This document shows, one piece after another, positions 41,276-50,870 of a DNA stretch of 64,000 bases. How positions within the stretch are numbered: the stretch's first letter is position 1; each line of letters opens with the position of its first letter. Source of the DNA: Planctomycetota bacterium (lineage in GTDB: Bacteria > Planctomycetota > GCA-002687715 > DRQF01). The translations under genes and the position numbers were made by a program. The DNA is taken from contig JAZGFI010000288.1 of NCBI GenBank assembly GCA_036479435.1, positions 1 to 64,000 on the forward strand, in the 5' to 3' direction. The notes under the pieces were generated by a model that saw only the letters and a list, made by a program, of their open reading frames with translations, ran no database searches and was not told the DNA's origin.

Positions 41276-42861
41276 AAACTTCTCGCCGCCAACAAGTGGT
41301 GGTCAACGCCATCGAGGTCGAGATCTTTCGCCAGCTGTTCGAGTCAATTGCGGACGAGATGGGGGTGGTGTTGCAACGCACCGCCTTCTCGCCCAACATC
41401 AAAGAGCGACTCGATTTTTCGTGCGCGCTTGCGGACGCCGAGGGCAGCATGCTGGCGCAGGCGGCTCACATTCCGGTGCACCTCGGGTCCTGTCATCTCA
41501 CGACGAAAGAGGTCTTTGCGGCTTGCACCTTGCAGCCCGGCGACGTCGTGGTCCTGAATGATCCATTTCGTGGCGGCACCCACCTCCCCGATATCACGAT
41601 GGTGGCGCCGGTTTTCGCCCCCGACGGCAAGCGACTTTGCTTCGGCGTCGTGGCGCGCGCCCATCACGCCGATGTCGGTGGCGGCGTTCCGGGCTCTATG
41701 GGCAACTTCGACGAGATCTACAAAGAAGGCCTGATCATCCCTCCTGTGAAGCTCGTGGCGGCGGGCTCAAAAGTCGATGATGTCGAGGCCTTGGTGCTAG
41801 CTAACGTCAGGACACCCGATGAACGTCGCGGCGATTTGGCCGCACAGATCGCATCGGTTCAGCGGGGCGTCGAGCGCATAGAGGCGCTGATGTCGGACTA
41901 TGGTATCGAGGTTCTTGCGGCCGCGGGGAAAGCCCTCATGGCCCGCTCGGCGCGTGCCCTCGGCGAAGTCTTGAAAGAGATTCCAGACGGTCTTTATCGC
42001 GCATCCGATCGCCTGGATGGCGAAGGAAGCGCCAAGATCGCGGTCCAGCTTGTGGTTAAGGGCTCTAAGCTGACTGTCGATTTCAAGGGCAGCTCACCCT
42101 CCGTCGCCGAGGCCCTCAACGCGCACGAGGCGATCACGCTTTCGTGTTTGTTTTACGCTCTCCGCTGCCTCGCGGATGAATCCATTCCGACGAATTCGGG
42201 GCTCTTGGCGCCGGTCCAGTTGCTGGTGCCGAAGGGGAGCATTGTGGGTGCGGTTCATCCGGCGGCGGTGGCAGGTGGCAACGTCGAGACCTCCCAACGC
42301 ATCGTTGACGTCATCTTTCGCGCGCTCGCCGAGGCTTGTCCGGGCCTGATACCGGCCGACTCGCAGGGCACGATGAACAATCTCTCTTTTGGCGGCAAAG
42401 ATCGGTCGGGCCGTGTTTTCACTTACTTTGAAACCATTGCGGGGGGGCTGGGCGCGGGCAAGCATCACGACGGGGCGTCCGGTATGCACTCGCACATGAC
42501 CAACACCCTCAATACTCCCATCGAGGCCCTCGAAGTCGCGTTGCCCTTGCGGGTTCGCGCCTATCACTTGCGCCGCAACAGCGGGGGATCTGGGCGGCAT
42601 CCCGGTGGCGATGGGGTCGTCCGTGAGTTCGAGGCGCTCGACTCCTTGGAAGTTTCCTTGCTAACCACGCGTCGCCTGAGTGCGCCGTCGGGGCGAGCTG
42701 GCGGCGGAGATGCGAAGCCGGGGTGTGATCATCTCATCGATGCCTCAGGCCGCCGTCGCAAGTTGAATCCGAAATCTCAGTTCGTCATGAAGCCGGGGGA
42801 GACTCTGCGAATCGAGACTCCCGGCGGCGGTGGCTACGGCAAGCGAGTTTCGCGCGGGTGA
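41272..42861 (+). CDS. Hydantoinase B / 5-oxoprolinase subunit
   Basis: [65 protein letters not shown]. Confidence 0.95.
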   Translation: MKTSRRQQVVVNAIEVEIFRQLFESIADEMGVVLQRTAFSPNIKERLDFSCALADAEGSMLAQAAHIPVHLGSCHLTTKEVFAACTLQPGDVVVLNDPFRGGTHLPDITMVAPVFAPDGKRLCFGVVARAHHADVGGGVPGSMGNFDEIYKEGLIIPPVKLVAAGSKVDDVEALVLANVRTPDERRGDLAAQIASVQRGVERIEALMSDYGIEVLAAAGKALMARSARALGEVLKEIPDGLYRASDRLDGEGSAKIAVQLVVKGSKLTVDFKGSSPSVAEALNAHEAITLSCLFYALRCLADESIPTNSGLLAPVQLLVPKGSIVGAVHPAAVAGGNVETSQRIVDVIFRALAEACPGLIPADSQGTMNNLSFGGKDRSGRVFTYFETIAGGLGAGKHHDGASGMHSHMTNTLNTPIEALEVALPLRVRAYHLRRNSGGSGRHPGGDGVVREFEALDSLEVSLLTTRRLSAPSGRAGGGDAKPGCDHLIDASGRRRKLNPKSQFVMKPGETLRIETPGGGGYGKRVSRG

Positions 42862-43143
42862 AACCCCGGTGAGGAGCCGCGACGGCGTCAGGTCGCCGGC
42901 TCTACCACCGAATGAAAATGATGTCGGAAAAAACTTCCGACCTAAGTCCTGTCTCAGAAAGAGTCGGGCTTTTTCAGCATATTTCAACTCCCGTCCGGCG
43001 GCCTTCCTGCGTCGATATATCCCTTTGCGAATGCCCCCCAGGCAAGAGGCGTGCAACGACATGCTCAGTGATGAGATTCCATTACTGAGTTCTGCCGCCG
43101 GTGCGAGGTCAATGTGATTTCGTAACGGCAGATTGGGGGCTAT

Positions 43144-45075
43144 ATGAGTACTGTGAACGCGAAAAGGAACTTGTTCTTTTCAATCATTCTCTTGGTGGGA
43201 GTACTGCCGGGGATTGTACGCAGCCAAATTGCTCTTGAGATTGCGACCGAGTTTAGCCTCGGACAAAGTTCCGAGGGAGCCCGGAGTGAGCCGGTCGTGC
43301 TGGGCGACGATGCCTTCGCGATTCTGTGCCCCTCCTTTGACTCGGGTAACCTCGGCGCCCCCTTCTGCAACCTTATCGTGATGCGCCGCCTTCACGGCGT
43401 TCCCCTGTACAAGGCCATCGATTACCTCACCTCGGCGCCCACGGCCGACGATGTTTGGGTGAATCCCATCGGTCTCAATTCGACGTCGATCCTGATTCCC
43501 GGCCCCGGTGCCGATGGTTTCTATGCCACGAGCGACGACGTTCTGTCAGTTTTCCGAGGCTTGGATTTCCCCTTGCTTGCCGTGCAAGAGGACTTCCTTC
43601 TCGGCATCGCTGGTCCGCGCCGGAATTCCGAAATTGTCTGCGTCGATGCCAACACGGTGATGTGGGTGGATTATGGCCCCGACGGCCTCGCCAACACCGG
43701 TGAGGAGTTTGTGAGGATCATCCGCGATCTCCAAGGTTCCCCTTACGCCGATAGCATTCCGCTGAGCTGGGGAGCTTCCGGTCGACTCGTCGAGATGGAA
43801 CCAGGCTACGCCGCCGCCGTCTTGTCGGGCCCCGATGGCGTGTTCGACTCTCTAGATGACACGATGGACATCTTGCATTTGGACTCGGTCGGGGGCACCG
43901 TCAACGTCATTCATCGCAAGTTTGTGGAGAAGCCCAGCACGCCTCTGCTCGGAGTTCGCTGGCCGATACACATTGGCAACAACAAACTCATTTTCCCGAA
44001 CCTCGGTCGAGATGGACGCTTTGGGTCATCGGATGATCAGCTCGTGTTTCTCGACACTCTCGACTACACGAAGACCCGCGGCATCCAAATGGGAAACCAC
44101 CACCCTTGGTCGACGATCTTTGGGCCCGCCAACGTGGATGTCGATGAGAACGGTACCATCATCATGACCGCTGGCGGTTTTGACAACCTCCGTGGTACGC
44201 CCAATGACGAAATCATCTTTATCAGCTCACCGTTCATTGGCGCCGCCAACGTCGATGCCGTTGCCTTGACCGTCGCCATTCACTCGAATTCGTTGTTCGA
44301 ACCAACGAAGTCCGTGACCCTTTCTTCTGGCATCACCATGATCCCTTTCCGTGACACGACTACAGTTGGGTTCGTGAGTGCGGGGGTCATCATCATCAAG
44401 CCTGGTGCCTCGGGGCAACGTACGGCGACTCTCCACGACATGGGCGAAACTGTTGACAACATCGAAGCGCTTGGCGCCACGAGTGCAGCTGTCTTCACGT
44501 CCAGTGGAGCTGTATTTCATCTCTCGCACCTAGACCAGGCCTCTTACGAGACTCAGCATATTGCGGGAATTGTCGCCGAAGATCCGAAGTTTGTGACCGT
44601 TGCCAGTAAGTCGGTCATGATCTCGACGGCCCCAGGCGTCATTGTCAACGGCTTCTACAACGACCGCCTGCAGCTTTGGCGTTTGCGCGCGACGCTTCCC
44701 TATGGCGAGCCCACGGCGAACGATCAAGGTTACGAGATGCGCCTGCGCGGCGACGGAACTTTGCCCAAGATCGACGGCCCCTTGTTCTGGATCACCCTGG
44801 AAAGTGCCCCTCCGTCTTCCTTCGGATACCTGTTGGTAGCGCCTTCGCGCGGCAGCTACATGCCGGCCTCTGACGCCGAGATTCTCATCAACACCGAATC
44901 GATGTTGACGCCAATCGCCTGGTCGACCGACCAAAACGGCAACAGCTCTTTCCCGGTCATTCCCCTTGGTGTTCCGGAACTTGCGGGCATCGCCTTCAAC
45001 GTCCAATTCCTAATCGTCAACACCCAAAACCCACGCCAGTTCGAACTGTCCAACGGCCTGACGATGGTCTTTTAA
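43144..45075 (+). CDS. Secreted protein with ~55-aa G-x-D repeats (probable beta-propeller) and a C-terminal beta domain
   Basis: Signal peptide; GADGFYATSDD, GPDGLANTGEE, GPDGVFDSLDD, GRDGRFGSSDD, GFDNLRGTPND. Confidence 0.7.
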   Translation: MSTVNAKRNLFFSIILLVGVLPGIVRSQIALEIATEFSLGQSSEGARSEPVVLGDDAFAILCPSFDSGNLGAPFCNLIVMRRLHGVPLYKAIDYLTSAPTADDVWVNPIGLNSTSILIPGPGADGFYATSDDVLSVFRGLDFPLLAVQEDFLLGIAGPRRNSEIVCVDANTVMWVDYGPDGLANTGEEFVRIIRDLQGSPYADSIPLSWGASGRLVEMEPGYAAAVLSGPDGVFDSLDDTMDILHLDSVGGTVNVIHRKFVEKPSTPLLGVRWPIHIGNNKLIFPNLGRDGRFGSSDDQLVFLDTLDYTKTRGIQMGNHHPWSTIFGPANVDVDENGTIIMTAGGFDNLRGTPNDEIIFISSPFIGAANVDAVALTVAIHSNSLFEPTKSVTLSSGITMIPFRDTTTVGFVSAGVIIIKPGASGQRTATLHDMGETVDNIEALGATSAAVFTSSGAVFHLSHLDQASYETQHIAGIVAEDPKFVTVASKSVMISTAPGVIVNGFYNDRLQLWRLRATLPYGEPTANDQGYEMRLRGDGTLPKIDGPLFWITLESAPPSSFGYLLVAPSRGSYMPASDAEILINTESMLTPIAWSTDQNGNSSFPVIPLGVPELAGIAFNVQFLIVNTQNPRQFELSNGLTMVF

Positions 45076-45150
45076 AATGGCCTAACGACGGCCTCTTGAT
45101 AACAAGCGGGGCTAGCGCCATCCGGCTCTAGCCCTGCATCCATCCAAACC

Positions 45151-45189
45151 AAACCCTGAACCTTTGCGTCAGACCAAAGTCAACACCCT
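45151..45189 (-). repeat. 39-bp dispersed repeat, copy 2 (inverted relative to copy 1)
   Basis: aaaccctgaacctttgcgtcagaccaaagtcaacaccct; reverse complement matches 33638-33676 at 36/39. Confidence 0.92.
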
Positions 45190-45253
45190 ATGCGGCCCTC
45201 GTTCCCGAAGCGCCGTCGCCAAGACTCCAAACACCTTCGGTCAGATCACCGAC

Positions 45254-45889
45254 TCAGCTACTAAGAACCCGGTCGACGAGCTCCTCCAAGGCCTTGGCCT
45301 CGCCGAGGGTGGCCGCCATGAGTTCGTCGAGACGGTCCTTTGTCTTGGCGTAGTCGCAGCCCTTGAGTCCGGCCAAGTTGATCTTGACGTTCATGGCCGC
45401 GGCCTTGGCACCACAGGTGACCAAAAGCGCCGCGATTCCGGCGTCGGAGACGGCGTTCTGGTTGCCGGATTCGGCGGCGAAACGGATGGCGGGCAAAAGA
45501 TCGCGGCAAGCTTCGAGGGTTCTTAGCGGGACTTCGCTGGCGTCCAAAGTCGCGAGTCGGATCGCCTCTTTGCGGGCGGCTTTCGCGTCGTCATCGCCTT
45601 TGGGCAATTTCCAGGCGGCCATGTAGGCGGCAAAAACTCTTGCGTCGTCGTCCATGAGCTGTCGCAACTTGTAGCGTGCGGTTTCGAGGGGGGCGAGCCG
45701 TTCTTTGAACTCGTTTTCGACGGCGGCGTACTTCTTTTTGCCGATCGTAAGATTGGCGACCATCGAGGTTAGGGCTGCCCCCAGGGCCCCGCAGAGTCCG
45801 GCGACGGCACCGCCTCCGGGCGTAGGGGCTCCCGAGGCGAGGTCGCGGAGGAATTCGTCTAACAGGGGGTTTGCGAGATCGTCGCTCAT
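45254..45889 (-). CDS. Formiminotetrahydrofolate cyclodeaminase / cyclohydrolase family (FTCD_C)
   Basis: FL-DLASGAPTPGGG, MVANLTIGKKKY, GNQNAVSDA, NVKINL; coupled to hutI. Confidence 0.92.
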   Translation of the reverse strand: MSDDLANPLLDEFLRDLASGAPTPGGGAVAGLCGALGAALTSMVANLTIGKKKYAAVENEFKERLAPLETARYKLRQLMDDDARVFAAYMAAWKLPKGDDDAKAARKEAIRLATLDASEVPLRTLEACRDLLPAIRFAAESGNQNAVSDAGIAALLVTCGAKAAAMNVKINLAGLKGCDYAKTKDRLDELMAATLGEAKALEELVDRVLSS

Positions 45890-47181
45890 GTCTGTTGGTT
45901 CCCGTGGTTGGTGGCGATGCGCTGCCCTTGGTGCACGACGTGCTGCCCGTTTTTGACGACGTCGCGAACGATGTTGTTGCCAAACTGGTAGGGCAAAAAC
46001 TGAGGGCTTGGGGCGTCAATGGCGATGAGGTCGGCGCGCAGTCCGGGTGCCAGGCGACCGCGGTCGGCGGCCAAACCCAATGATGCCGCGGCGTTCACCG
46101 TGGTGGCGTTGAAGATTTCGGCCGTTGACAAACCGTAGTTAATGGAGGCCAGAGTCATGATCATGGGCATCGACTGCGTGTGGCAAGAGCCGGGGTTGTA
46201 GTCCGTCGCCAACGCAATCGGAAGCCCGGCGTCGATCATGCGCCGCGCCGGGGCGTGTGAGGGCAGATTCAAAAAGAAAGACGTGCCCGGCAATAGGACC
46301 GGGATGGTGCCCGCCGCCTTCAAGTCTTCGATACCCTGGTCAGAGATGGCCACTAAGTGGTCAGCCGAGATGGCGTCGACTTCGGCCGCGAGCTCGGCTC
46401 CGCCGGTGGATTCAATTTCGTCGGCGTGAAGGCGCGCCCGAAGCCCCGCGGCTCGCGCCGCCATGAGGATGCGCCGTGACTCGTCGACGTTGAAGACATG
46501 CTCTTCACAGAACACATCGCAGAAAACGGCGAGGCCCTCGCTCGCGACGGCGGGAATCATCTCGTTGATGATGAGGTTGATGTAGGACTCGCGATCGTCC
46601 CGCCACTCGTCCGGAATCTCATGGGCTCCCAAGAAGGTGGGAACGAAGCCCAAGGGGTGGGATTCGGCGACCCGTCGAATCGCGCGCAGCGACTTGAGCT
46701 CATCCTCGGTGCTCAGTCCGTAGCCACTTTTGGCTTCGAGGGTGGTCGTTCCGAGCTCCAAGAAACGATCGGCGCGGATGCGAAGCTTGGCAACCAGTTC
46801 GTCCTCGCTGGCTTCGCGCAGCGACCTAACCGAGGAGCGGATGCCCCCGCCAGCCTTGGCGATCTCGACGTAGGAGCGACCCTGGTTTCGCATCTCAAAC
46901 TCAGCCTCGCGGCTCGCGTTAAAAACGGGGTGTGTATGCGGGTCCACGAAACCGGGCATGACCAACAAATCGCCCCAGTCCAGTTCGCAAGTGGCTTGGT
47001 AGCGCTGGCGGAGGTCCGCAAGAGGCCCGAGGGCTTCGATGCGGTCGCCTCTAATCGCCACGGCCAGTCCCGAGGACTGCGCCATTTGATTCATCTCGGC
47101 GCCCGATCGAGGTCCAGGCCCCGGCGCGTCGAGGGTGATCCAAGGTCCGCGGCTGAATACCAATAAGTCGATGTTTTCCAT
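45886..47181 (-). CDS. hutI: Imidazolonepropionase
   Basis: PGFVDPHTHP, GGGI-SSVR, EAKSGYGL, TFLGAH, CDVFCE, HADEI, SADHL, ATDYNPGS; start MENIDLL (47181). Confidence 0.95.
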   Translation of the reverse strand: MENIDLLVFSRGPWITLDAPGPGPRSGAEMNQMAQSSGLAVAIRGDRIEALGPLADLRQRYQATCELDWGDLLVMPGFVDPHTHPVFNASREAEFEMRNQGRSYVEIAKAGGGIRSSVRSLREASEDELVAKLRIRADRFLELGTTTLEAKSGYGLSTEDELKSLRAIRRVAESHPLGFVPTFLGAHEIPDEWRDDRESYINLIINEMIPAVASEGLAVFCDVFCEEHVFNVDESRRILMAARAAGLRARLHADEIESTGGAELAAEVDAISADHLVAISDQGIEDLKAAGTIPVLLPGTSFFLNLPSHAPARRMIDAGLPIALATDYNPGSCHTQSMPMIMTLASINYGLSTAEIFNATTVNAAASLGLAADRGRLAPGLRADLIAIDAPSPQFLPYQFGNNIVRDVVKNGQHVVHQGQRIATNHGNQQT

Positions 47182-47334
47182 GGGCGTGGAGGGTAGCGTC
47201 TGAATCCCCGGACTGGCAAGTTGGTGTCGAAAATCCGGATCTGGGTCTTGGTATCTTGCCATCGCGCCGCATCTTTGTTGAGCTTGGGCGTGCAAGAATC
47301 TAGCTGCCATCCTCGTAATCCTTGGAGCCCCCAC

Positions 47335-48327
47335 ATGTCTGCTCTGCGTATCCTCCTCGCCGCTGTGTTGGCGTTGTCGTTTGTTGCCTGCGGAGACGAT
47401 GAGCCGAAAGACATCAAGACTTACAAAAAGAAGGGCTCGGACACGATGAAGAAGGAGGGCACCGCCCTCAGCGAAGAAGAAAAGCAACGTCGCGAGCAGG
47501 CCGCAGCCGAACGCAAAGAGACCGAGGCGTCCAACAAACGCTTGAGCCGCGCCGCGGGTCATCTGACTAAGGCGAAGGACAGCTTTGAGATCGCGGAGGC
47601 CCTCGCCGAGTTTCAGGCCGAGGGCGCCCGGGCGGCGACCTATATTGATCGCGTCGAAAAATTCGTCGATCACGAGGACGCCGAAGTCCGCGCTCAGGCG
47701 ATCAAGACCGTAGCCTCCGTAAAGGGGGTCAAGGCGCGCGAGATGCTCGAGAGAATTCTCAACAACGCCGATGAAGACGAATACGTGCGCACCGCCGCGA
47801 TCGTAAGTTGGACCCGTGCGGGCTTGACGGATTCGGGACCTATTGAGGCTTTGCTCGACGATATTGACCCAGGCATTCAACGCGAGGCTCTGAAATACCT
47901 CATGGTCGACAAGCCAACGGGCACGCGACTTGAATTCATCAGAGGCAAACTCAGCGACCTGGCGGGGCCGGCCGCGAAGCTCGGTTTACAGTGGCTCATG
48001 AAGCGCCGTGATCAGATCGTCGACTTGCCCAGTTTCGTGGTGGAGATGCTTGATCACCAAGATTCGAGGACGCGAGCCCTTACCGTTGCCTTGGCCGGAG
48101 ATGCGAGCCTCAACAAGTACGCGGTAGCCGAGAAATTCATGCGCTCGATGATCGACGACCCGAATTTAGTGGTCCGCAAAGAAGCTCAAAAACTCCTGAC
48201 CGCCTGGGCCGGGTCGAAGGCTCTGCCAAGCTACGATGCCGAAGCTGACGAAGAAGCGCGGCGAGCTGCGGTCGAGAAGTGGCTTTCGTGGTTGAGCGAC
48301 AATGAGGCCAAGTTTCCCAAGAATTGA
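47335..48327 (+). CDS. HEAT-repeat lipoprotein
   Basis: Lipobox FVAC; DHEDAEVRAQAI, DEDEYVRTAAI, DDPNLVVRKEA repeats. Confidence 0.8.
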   Translation: MSALRILLAAVLALSFVACGDDEPKDIKTYKKKGSDTMKKEGTALSEEEKQRREQAAAERKETEASNKRLSRAAGHLTKAKDSFEIAEALAEFQAEGARAATYIDRVEKFVDHEDAEVRAQAIKTVASVKGVKAREMLERILNNADEDEYVRTAAIVSWTRAGLTDSGPIEALLDDIDPGIQREALKYLMVDKPTGTRLEFIRGKLSDLAGPAAKLGLQWLMKRRDQIVDLPSFVVEMLDHQDSRTRALTVALAGDASLNKYAVAEKFMRSMIDDPNLVVRKEAQKLLTAWAGSKALPSYDAEADEEARRAAVEKWLSWLSDNEAKFPKN

Positions 48328-48548
48328 GATTCTGCGAGCCGGGTCAGGATTGTCGCTGCCCGCCGCCCGCTTCGCAAATTGGCCCGAAATAACCATGCTA
48401 AGTCCCGGCAGGGCGGTAGTTTGGCCCAAGACCCTGCGGTAACACGCCGTTTTAGGGGGCAGAATTGACGGGCTTTTTTTCTGCGGGATACGGTCCGCGA
48501 GGCTAGGTAAGTCGATCAAAGATGGGCGGCGGCGGTGCGGAAGATCTA

Positions 48549-48569
48549 AAAGCGCTCCTATCGCGGAGC
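48549..48569. promoter_or_regulatory. Candidate operator dyad GCTCC-N6-GGAGC, copy 1
   Basis: aaagcgctcctatcgcggagc; 19/21 identical to 52613-52633. Confidence 0.45.
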
Positions 48570-48684
48570 TTTGTCCGTATCATGATGCGGGTCAGTTGAG
48601 ACCCGGTGATAGGGCGCAATGCGACCCAGTTCCTGTTTCTATTCATGAGCGTACTTTACGGTCCACTAAGGAGACACTGAGTCG

Positions 48685-49953
48685 TTGACCGACAAGCTAC
48701 CGTTACTGCTCGCGATTGCGTCGGCGGCCCTCTACGCCGTTGGAGTCGCGGCCGATAGTGCTCTGCTGCACTTCAGTCACAACAAGCTTGAGAAGTTTCT
48801 CAATGACGAGGCGCGGCACCAATCCGTCGCACAGCGATTGAAGGACTTCGATGGCTACGTGCTATCTCTGGCTATCTTCAATCGCCTCTCGATCACCTTA
48901 TTCATTGGCGCCTTTTTTTGGTGGCGCCATCAAGTCTTGCCGCAGGTGGCCCCGCAGGGCTCCAGCGTCAGCTACCTGACAACCTTCCTTTTGGCGATCG
49001 CTTTTTGCGCCGTCTTAATCGGCGGTCTGGTGCATGCCGTCGTGCGTCAGCACGCCGAACGTGTGCTCTTGACCTTGTTCGTCTTTGTGGTTGCCGTCCA
49101 TCGTGCGCTTACTCCCTTGCGTCGCCCGATCGAGGCGATCGCTCGTTTGGGCGTCGGCCAGCCCGAGCTCAGCGATGAGGAAGACGCGGTCGAGGAAATC
49201 CTCGATGCCGTGGCTGAAGGGGAAGCAGAGGGCACGATTGCTGAAGGTGCCGCCGAAATCATCGAAAACATCATGGAGTTCAAAGACAGCACGGTGCGCG
49301 AAGTGATGACGCCGCGCACCTCCATGATTTGCGTTCGGTCGGACAAAAATATTGATGACGCAATGGCACTCGTCGAAGAACACGGCTATTCCAAAATACC
49401 GCTCTACGGTGAGAATCGTGACGACATCGTGGGCGTGGTGTTCCTTAAAGACATCATGCGTCGCCGCCGCGAAGGCAACGATCTCAAGCTGGCCGACCTC
49501 GCCCGCAAGGCTTTTTTCGTGCCGGAGACTAAGCGAGTCCATGAGCTGCTGAAGGAGTTTCAGCTGCAAAAGAGCCAGATTGCGATCGTCATTGACGAAT
49601 TCGGTGGCACGTCGGGGCTCGTGACCGTCGAAGATATTGTCGAGGAAATCGTGGGCGAGTTAGAAGACGAGTTCGACACCTCAGGCACGCCGGACATCGA
49701 TCAGCTCGGCGAACGCGAGTTCGAGATCGACGCGAAAGTGTCGATCGACGAGCTGAACGACATGTTGGAGTTAGAGTTGCCGCAGGACGGCGACTACGAA
49801 ACCGTCGGCGGATTCTTGTCGGCCCGGCTCGGCAAGGTTCCCGAACCCGGCGAGGAAACCGAGTATGAAGGCGTTAACTTTGCGGTCACCGAGGCTGACG
49901 AGCGCCGCGTGAAACGCGTTCGGGTGACGGTCAGTCAATCCGTCGAAGGCTGA
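48685..49953 (+). CDS. HlyC/CorC (CNNM) family CBS-domain membrane protein
   Basis: N-terminal TMs, VREVMTPR, GYSKIPLY, DEFGGTSGLVTVEDIVEEIVGELEDE, CorC_HlyC C-terminus. Confidence 0.93.
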   Translation: MTDKLPLLLAIASAALYAVGVAADSALLHFSHNKLEKFLNDEARHQSVAQRLKDFDGYVLSLAIFNRLSITLFIGAFFWWRHQVLPQVAPQGSSVSYLTTFLLAIAFCAVLIGGLVHAVVRQHAERVLLTLFVFVVAVHRALTPLRRPIEAIARLGVGQPELSDEEDAVEEILDAVAEGEAEGTIAEGAAEIIENIMEFKDSTVREVMTPRTSMICVRSDKNIDDAMALVEEHGYSKIPLYGENRDDIVGVVFLKDIMRRRREGNDLKLADLARKAFFVPETKRVHELLKEFQLQKSQIAIVIDEFGGTSGLVTVEDIVEEIVGELEDEFDTSGTPDIDQLGEREFEIDAKVSIDELNDMLELELPQDGDYETVGGFLSARLGKVPEPGEETEYEGVNFAVTEADERRVKRVRVTVSQSVEG

Positions 49954-49955
49954 CT

Positions 49956-50786
49956 TTGCCGCGCCCCTCGTCATCTGGCTCAGGTGTGGCCGAAGTCACG
50001 ACGACGGCGCTCTTACTGCGGCGCTACGATTTTGGCGAAACGAGCCAGATCGGGCATTTGCTCGGCGCGGCCGAAGGCCGGGTATCCGTTCTCGCCAAGG
50101 GCATCAAAAAACCCAACCCGCGCCTGAAGGGCCCGTTTGACCTCTTTCAGTGGGCGCGTGTCCGCTACCGCCGTCGCGCCGGCAGTGACCTGGCACTCTT
50201 GACTTTCTACGAACCTCTCACCGGTTTTCGCGGCCTGCGCAGCCGCCTGGATCGCTTTTATGCCGCGGCTTATTTGTGCGAGCTCGTTTACGAGTTGGCT
50301 CCTGAGCGCCACTCCCAGCCAGATTTGTTGCGCGCAGCTCTCGCCGGGCTCAAGGCCCTCGCAGGGGTGCCGCGAGGTCGCAGCTCTTCGGTCCTCGTGG
50401 CCAGCGAGCTTCAGATCTTGGAAGCCACGGGCTTTCGACCCGATCTCGACCGTTGCGTCGGCTGCGGCCGGCCCTTGCGGGCCGAATCCACACGCTTTTC
50501 GCCCCGTTTAGGCGGGTTTTTGGGAGAGGAGTGCCCGACCCAGGGCTCGTCGCTGCAATTTTGTTCGGCCGGCAGCCGGGCCGCGCTCGCGGCTCTGTGG
50601 CGTGCCGGGCCGGCCTCCGCCGCTTCACTTCGCCTCGATCGTCGCCAGGAGTCGGAACTCAGGAGCTTGTTTCGCGAGCACGGACGCGAAATCCTAGAGA
50701 GACCTCTTCGCAGCGAGCCTTTCGTCACTGACGTCCGATACGGTTTTCCTCGGTTAGGAACGTGCGCGTCCAAGCTCGGGCCCTGA
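49956..50786 (+). CDS. recO: DNA repair protein RecO
   Basis: LLRRYDFGETSQI, GRVSVLAKG, G-RPDLDRCVGCG, F----GG; start uncertain. Confidence 0.9.
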   Translation: MPRPSSSGSGVAEVTTTALLLRRYDFGETSQIGHLLGAAEGRVSVLAKGIKKPNPRLKGPFDLFQWARVRYRRRAGSDLALLTFYEPLTGFRGLRSRLDRFYAAAYLCELVYELAPERHSQPDLLRAALAGLKALAGVPRGRSSSVLVASELQILEATGFRPDLDRCVGCGRPLRAESTRFSPRLGGFLGEECPTQGSSLQFCSAGSRAALAALWRAGPASAASLRLDRRQESELRSLFREHGREILERPLRSEPFVTDVRYGFPRLGTCASKLGP

Positions 50787-50870
50787 CCGCGCAAGTGGCC
50801 GCGATTGGTGCCGGCGGTGGTTGGGATGGCTTCCCTGTGGTTATCATGGGCTCAGCAACCCGAGGTCAAC

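Noticed and set aside
33638..45189. Composite transposon or IS ends
   Set aside because: No transposase or target-site duplication, and core plsY-gpsA lie inside; kept only as a repeat finding
47182..47880. 233-aa N-terminal extension of HutI in the ORF track
   Set aside because: Antisense to the HEAT lipoprotein (47335-48327); HutI homology starts at MENIDLL
48328..48684. Possible ncRNA or ybeY remnant upstream of hlyC
   Set aside because: No recognisable RNA consensus or YbeY HGxLHLxGxDH motif; only the 21-bp dyad is supported
48685..49953. Toxin reading of the hemolysin-family label
   Set aside because: Domain content is CNNM/CBS/CorC, a divalent-cation transport family
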